Assembly (NCBI GenBank): GCA_902782585.1
Contig: CACZNK010000037.1
Span: 1-27,383 of the forward strand
Direction of reading: 5' to 3'
Origin: an uncultured Ureaplasma sp.
GTDB lineage: Bacteria > Bacillota_I > Bacilli_A > Mycoplasmatales > Mycoplasmoidaceae
DNA: 27,383 bases
The translations under genes and the position numbers were made by a program. Of this stretch, positions 22,891-27,383 are shown one piece after another (positions within the stretch are counted from its first letter, which is position 1; every line of letters begins with the position of its first letter). Under the pieces are notes generated by a model. The model did not search any database. It had not been told where the DNA came from and was given only the letters and a program-made list of their open reading frames with translations.

Positions 22891-23879
22891 TGTTTTTCCT
22901 TTTTTGTAATTAAATCAATACGTTTCATATGTCTTGCATTCTTTGAATCTTTAGGATCAAATTTCGAATTAATAAAATTATTAATAATTTTAATATTATT
23001 TTCTAATGTATTAAATCTTCCACTTAATGTTATTACATTACAATTATTATGTTCTTTAGCAAGTTTTGCCAATTTGTAATCATATAAGCATATTGCCCTA
23101 ATACCTTTAATTTTATTAGCAGCAATACACATGCCATAACCCGTACCGCATATTAGTATACCTAAAGCATTAGTTGTTTTAATTACAGCATCAGCTACTT
23201 TAAAAGCATATATAGGGTAATCAACTGATTTAATAGAATTGTTAGTTCCTAAATCTTTGAAACAATATTTTTTATTTAATTTTGCAATAATTTGTTTTTT
23301 CATAGCAAAACCTGCATGATCTGAACCAATGAAAATTAATGGTTTTAGTTGTTTCATAATTTCATTACCATTATATTTACCTTCTCTAATTATTTTAAAA
23401 TTATCAAGGTCAATTATTGTAGAAGGTATATTAGATTTAGTTTTACCTTTAATAATTATTAATTCTGATAAGTGATTTTTAAATATTTTATAAGCATCAT
23501 TAGCATCTTTGATTGGGTTGTTTCCTGAAATATTAGCACTTGATGAATATATTGGACCAGTTAATTTTATTAATGATAATAATTTGGAATTATTAGGAAT
23601 TCGGTATGAAATTTTATTCTTGATAATTGTTAAACCACCAGGTCAATATTTCGAAATTATTTTTTTCTCTCATTTATTTAAACCTTTTACTTGATTAATA
23701 CTGTTAATAAAGAAGATTAGTTTCTTATTGCTTGGTCGTTGTTTTATTTGATAAATAAGTTTAGGATTTAATGACATTAAACCCATAACCGTATCAGTTT
23801 CAACAATTGCAGCAAATTTTTTGGTTTTAAGTAATTTAGCTATTAGCTTTTTTTGATCAAATGAATATTTTTTGACCAT
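22884..23879 (-). CDS. tsaC-rpiB: Fusion of threonylcarbamoyl-AMP synthase (TsaC/YrdC domain) and ribose-5-phosphate isomerase B (331 aa)
   Basis: Checked codon by codon: only TGA (23670, 23643), no TAA/TAG, between ATG 23879 and the RpiB part. TsaC motifs ETDTVMGL, KQRP, YWPGGLT, SYRIP, SSSANISG, PSTIID, IIREG. RpiB motifs GSDHAG, VDYP, CGTGYG, ANKIKGIRA, HNNCN, RH. Confidence 0.9.
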
Positions 23880-23885
23880 ATTAAA

Positions 23886-24515
23886 TTAATTATTTTTTTT
23901 GTCAGGTTGTTTTGGCAAATTAAAATTAACTTTAAATCTATGTAATAATTCGATAGCAATGCGTTCATTTAACATAATTTGACGAACACTTTCAAATTTG
24001 TTGGTATCATTTAATATGTCACGAATTGGCATATTAGTTTTTTGATAATAATTATCTAGTGATTTTTTGACATCTTGATCAGTGATTCGAATATCCCATA
24101 TTTTTGCTAATTCATTAAATAATAAATTACGTTTTAATGTTGTGGTAGCTATATCTTGAAGTGTTTTATCATCTGAAACCATTTTTTTCATAGTCTCATT
24201 TGACATATTTTCATTTTTATCATTTAAAACATTATTTTTAATTCTATCTGCAAAAGATTTAACATCATCATTGTTAATATTAATATCAAAGTGTTTATAA
24301 ATTCCTTGGATAATCAAATCAACTGAATTATTTCTTGCCACAATATTAGCAACTTGTTTATCAATATTTTCTGCAGTTTCATTAGGCATAATTTCTTTGA
24401 TTTTCTTTCTTTGAAATTCAACAAAATTCTTATCTGCTTGTAGTCTATTTAATTCAAATTCTTGACTATAATCAATTTCACTATTCTTTTTAATTGTAGA
24501 TTTTAATTTTTCCAT
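23886..24515 (-). CDS. Trigger-factor C-terminal-domain-like chaperone (MG377/MPN555 family, 209 aa)
   Basis: ATG 24515 with a strong SD (GAAAGGGG). Helical, ending DVKKSLDNYYQKTNMPIRDILND...FESVRQIMLNER. Family recognised from memory. Confidence 0.7.
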   Translation of the reverse strand: MEKLKSTIKKNSEIDYSQEFELNRLQADKNFVEFQRKKIKEIMPNETAENIDKQVANIVARNNSVDLIIQGIYKHFDININNDDVKSFADRIKNNVLNDKNENMSNETMKKMVSDDKTLQDIATTTLKRNLLFNELAKIWDIRITDQDVKKSLDNYYQKTNMPIRDILNDTNKFESVRQIMLNERIAIELLHRFKVNFNLPKQPDKKNN

Positions 24516-24574
24516 ATTTTCCCCTTTCAAATTGTTTGGATAACTACATCTTATATAATCATTATATAAAAAAA

Positions 24575-24600
24575 TTAGCACTCAATAAAAAGAGTGCTAA
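24575..24600. promoter_or_regulatory. CIRCE-like HrcA operator with an 8-nt spacer; may also act as the ffh terminator
   Basis: TTAGCACTC-AATAAAAA-GAGTGCTAA: both consensus arms are perfect but the spacer is N8, not N9. On the - strand it is followed by a T7 run and then TATAAT (24561-24566). Confidence 0.75.
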
Positions 24601-24625
24601 ATATTTAAATTATATATTGTTTGCA

Positions 24626-25963
24626 TTAATGCATAAATTTTGAAAATGGATTAACTCCTCGTCGTAGTTGTTTACCAACTTCTTCCATTTGTTTACGCAT
24701 TTTTTCTCATTGATTAAGTAATTTATTTAATTCATCAGGTTTTCTACCTGACCCTTTAATAACCCTTTCTTTTCTTGATGGTTGTCTTTTAAAAAGATGG
24801 GGATTTTTTCTTTCATTATTTGTCATAGAACTTAATAATATCCCTCAAATTTTAATTTTATCTTCTGCAGAATCAATATCATTTTCTGCAATATTTTGCA
24901 TTGTAGGCATCATCTTAATGATTGAACTTAATGAACCAAGTTTCTTTAGTTGATTCATTTGAATCATTAAATCTTCTAAATCCATTTTACCTGTAAACAT
25001 TTTGGTTAATGATTTTTTTGTTTGTGCTTCATCAATAATATCACAAGCTTTTTCAGACAATGTCATAATATCACCAAGACCAATAATTCTGTCAGCCATT
25101 CTTTCAGGATAAAAAATATCTAATGAACCTAATTTTTCACCACTACCAGTTAACTTAACTGGAACATTTAGTAAATGAGTAAGACTTAATGCTACTCCAG
25201 CTCTAGCATCAGAATCAAGTTTAGTAATAATAAATCCACTAAGATTTAAGGTATTGTTAAATTCTTTAGCAACGTTAATCATATCTTGTCCGGCCATTGA
25301 GTCAACAACTAGAAGGATTTCATCCGGATGAATAGTATCACGAATATTTACTAATTCATTCATTAATTGTTGATTAGTTTGTAATCGTCCTGCAGTATCA
25401 AAAATAATAACATCATTGTTATTAGTCTTAGCAAACTGCAATGCTTCCTTTGCTGTAATAGTTGGATTTTGATTACCTTTTTGATAAAAATCAACATTTG
25501 CCTGTTTAGATAATGTGTTTAATTGATCAATAGCAGCTGGTCGATATATATCAAGAGCAACCAACAATGGTTTTGATTGATTTTTTGATTTTGTATAGTT
25601 AGCAATTTTACCTGCCGTAGTAGTTTTACCGCTTCCTTGAAGACCAACTAACATTATTTTTAATGGTTTCTTGTTATAATCAATTGGTGCATTTTTTGAA
25701 CCTAATATTTTTGTTAATTCATCTTTGATGATAGTTAGCATATATTGTTGAGGATCCATACCTTGTGGTACCATTTGGTCAATAGATTGTTGTCGAATGT
25801 TTTTTATAAAATCTTTTACAACTAATAAATTAACATCAGCTTCAAGAAGACTAATACGAATTTGTTTTAATAATTCTGTAATATCTTCTTCTTTGATGTA
25901 CATGTCATTTAGTTTCTTTGACATGTGTTTTGTAATAATATTAGATATAAATGATTTCAACAT
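24626..25963 (-). CDS. ffh: Signal recognition particle protein Ffh (445 aa)
   Basis: LLEADVN, GLQGSGKTT, DIYRPAA, DTAGRL, TKLDSDARAG, FYPERMADRIIGLGD. The M-domain SMTNNERKNP...GSG is recovered by reading through TGA 24845. Confidence 0.98.
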
Positions 25964-25966
25964 TAT

Positions 25967-27208
25967 CTATTTTCAATTAATTAAAAAGTAATTCTTTTTA
26001 CCTTTTTTAATATATGAGAATTTATTTTGAATTGCATCAGCTCGATTAACAATAAAATCAATATTATCAATCAATTTATTATTAATGAAAATTGATTTTC
26101 CTTGAATTAATTGCCTTGCTTGTGATTTAGATTCACATACATTTAATAAAATTAAAATATCCAAAATATTATATTGATCTTCATTGGCATCAATTTTTGG
26201 CATACCATTTAAAACAACTAATAAATCTTCATTACTTAGTTCATCAATTTTTCCACTGAAAAACATTTCAGATAATTTGATACATTTTTCAGCTTCTGTT
26301 TCACCATGTATATCGCTAACAATAGTTTTAGCTAAAATTTTTTGTCCATATCTAAGTGATTTATTTTCATTGTGTTTTTTAATAATCTCTTTAATTTCAT
26401 CAACAGAAATGAATGTTAATGTTAATAATAATTTTTCTACATCAGTATCAGCTTGGTTAATTAAAAATTGATACATTAAATATGGAGAAGTAATTTTAGG
26501 ATCTAAATAAATTGCTCCAGATTCAGATTTACCAAATTTCGTTCCATCAGATTTAGTTAATAAATTAACTGTCATACCAAATGATTTATTATTGTCATTT
26601 GTTTTTTTTCTTATGAAATCTACCCCATTTGTTATATTACCTCATTGATCACTACCGCCAATTTGTAATGCAACATTATAATCAACATATAATTTATAAA
26701 AATCATAAGATTGAATTAATGTATATGAAAATTCGGCAAAACTAATACCAACTTCAAGTCTTTTTGAAACAATTTCTTTTTCTAGCATCGAATTTACATT
26801 GAAATATTTACCAACATCTCTTAAAAAATCAAGCATATCCATGCCTTTGTAAAATTCATAATTATCAATAATTTTTGCTCCAATTATTTTTTTAATTTGC
26901 GTGTTAATACATTTAATATTGTCTTTAATAGTATCAATATCTAAAAGTTTACGCTCATTTTTTTTACCTGATGGATCACCAATTCTTCCTGTTGCTCCAC
27001 CAATAATAGCATAAGTAGGATATCCAGCATTAATAAATCTTTTTAGTGTAACTAACATTAAATAATTTCCTAAATGTAATGATTTAAAACTAGGATCAAA
27101 TCCACAATATAATCCCCATTTTTTAGAACTAACAAATTCATTAGCTTTATCAATGTTTGTTATGTTATTTAAAACTTTTCGCACTTTTAGTTCATCAAAA
27201 ATATCCAT
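25967..27208 (-). CDS. tyrS: Tyrosine--tRNA ligase (413 aa)
   Basis: YCGFDPSFKSLHLGN, GGATGRIGDPSG, QIGGSDQWGN, KFGKS, C-terminal S4 domain; true stop TAG 25967-25969. Confidence 0.98.
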
Positions 27209-27218
27209 AGTTTTATAG

Positions 27219-27231
27219 ATTATATAATGTA
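27219..27231 (-). promoter_or_regulatory. Putative -10 element of tyrS (TACATTATATAAT, 10 nt before ATG)
   Basis: Identical 13-mer and identical spacing to the element before miaB. Confidence 0.5.
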
Positions 27232-27241
27232 AGATTACAAA

Positions 27242-27263
27242 TTTTGAGACTTTACTCTAATTT
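27242..27263. repeat. Copy 3 of the dispersed 22-bp element (TTTTGAGACTTTACTCTAATTT)
   Basis: 21/22 identical to 455-476; lies between the tRNA and the tyrS promoter. Confidence 0.7.
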
Positions 27264-27340
27264 GAAGTTTTATATATATAGCAAATTATGCACATTGGAT
27301 CAATATTTAAATAGTTTTACTAACTCTTGATTTCAATTTA

Positions 27341-27383
27341 TGGTGGAGCTTATAGGACTCGAACCTATAACCAACCGATTATG
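27341..27383 (-). tRNA. tRNA with CAT anticodon, most likely tRNA-Ile2(CAU); 3' part only, truncated by the window edge
   Basis: Reverse complement CATAATCGGTTGGTTATAGGTTCGAGTCCTATAAGCTCCACCA gives anticodon CAT, T-arm ATAGG-TTCGAGT-CCTAT and an encoded CCA. The acceptor 3' strand AAGCTCC-A resembles Ile2 rather than initiator or elongator Met tRNAs. Confidence 0.88.

Noticed and set aside
24622-24633. 12-bp palindrome TGCATTAATGCA at the ffh stop
   Set aside because: It has no loop and no other copies, which is compatible with chance.
4186-26471. Antisense or alternative-frame track ORFs (e.g. 4186-4383, 4731-5051, 5502-5729, 6167-6406, 10698-10901, 12893-13078, 16456-16653, 19352-19543, 19580-19829, 22292-22615, 22652-22879, 23509-23694, 25797-25991, 26184-26471)
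   Set aside because: They lie wholly within well-supported genes and show no motifs. They are shadow ORFs.
616-27208. Apparent mass pseudogenisation (fragmented ORFs in the supplied track)
   Set aside because: Every break is an in-frame TGA and the fragments share a frame. This is an artefact of using the standard code.
9983-27280. Homopolymer and dinucleotide tracts (A8 in pstC and phoU, (TA)5 at 27271-27280) as phase-variation loci
   Set aside because: They are short for such an AT-rich genome and the reading frames are intact.
27209-27340. T-box riboswitch upstream of tyrS
   Set aside because: Only 132 nt are available, with no T-box (GGGTGGNACC-like) sequence or terminator, and a -10 box lies 10 nt from the ATG.
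27341-27383. tRNA 3' end as an integration site, with the 455/27242 direct repeats as att sites of an island
   Set aside because: The repeats do not match the tRNA, no integrase is present, and the enclosed genes are essential housekeeping genes.

Overview
Core-genome window from a very AT-rich mollicute, most likely Mycoplasmoidales (pneumoniae/Ureaplasma/Malacoplasma group). TGA encodes Trp (translation table 4): it sits in frame at conserved Trp positions, for example TyrS GGSDQ-TGA-GN. The supplied ORF track therefore splits most genes into fragments, and I re-joined them by hand. Plus strand: partial membrane protein, gpmI, TrmH-family methyltransferase, RluA-family synthase, udk, orphan ABC-2-like permease. 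Minus strand: miaB. Plus strand: lipoprotein, pstS, fused pstC-pstA, pstB, PQ-loop protein, phoU, degenerate RNase J, degenerate FtsK. Minus strand: fmt, MG364-like protein. Plus strand: rpsT, lipoprotein. Minus strand: membrane protein, plsY, a TsaC-RpiB fusion, trigger-factor-C-like chaperone, ffh, tyrS, and the 3' part of tRNA-Ile(CAU). I saw no intact mobile element, CRISPR array or prophage. The most interesting signals are: the in-frame TsaC-RpiB fusion; a CIRCE-like operator with an 8-nt spacer that also looks like a terminator; a three-copy 22-bp intergenic element; a PQ-loop transporter inside the pst-phoU operon; a CxxS thioredoxin-like lipoprotein sharing a promoter region with miaB; an FtsK lacking its catalytic motifs; and a 19-bp inverted repeat covering a small hydrophobic ORF. 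All family assignments are from motif recognition, not database searches.
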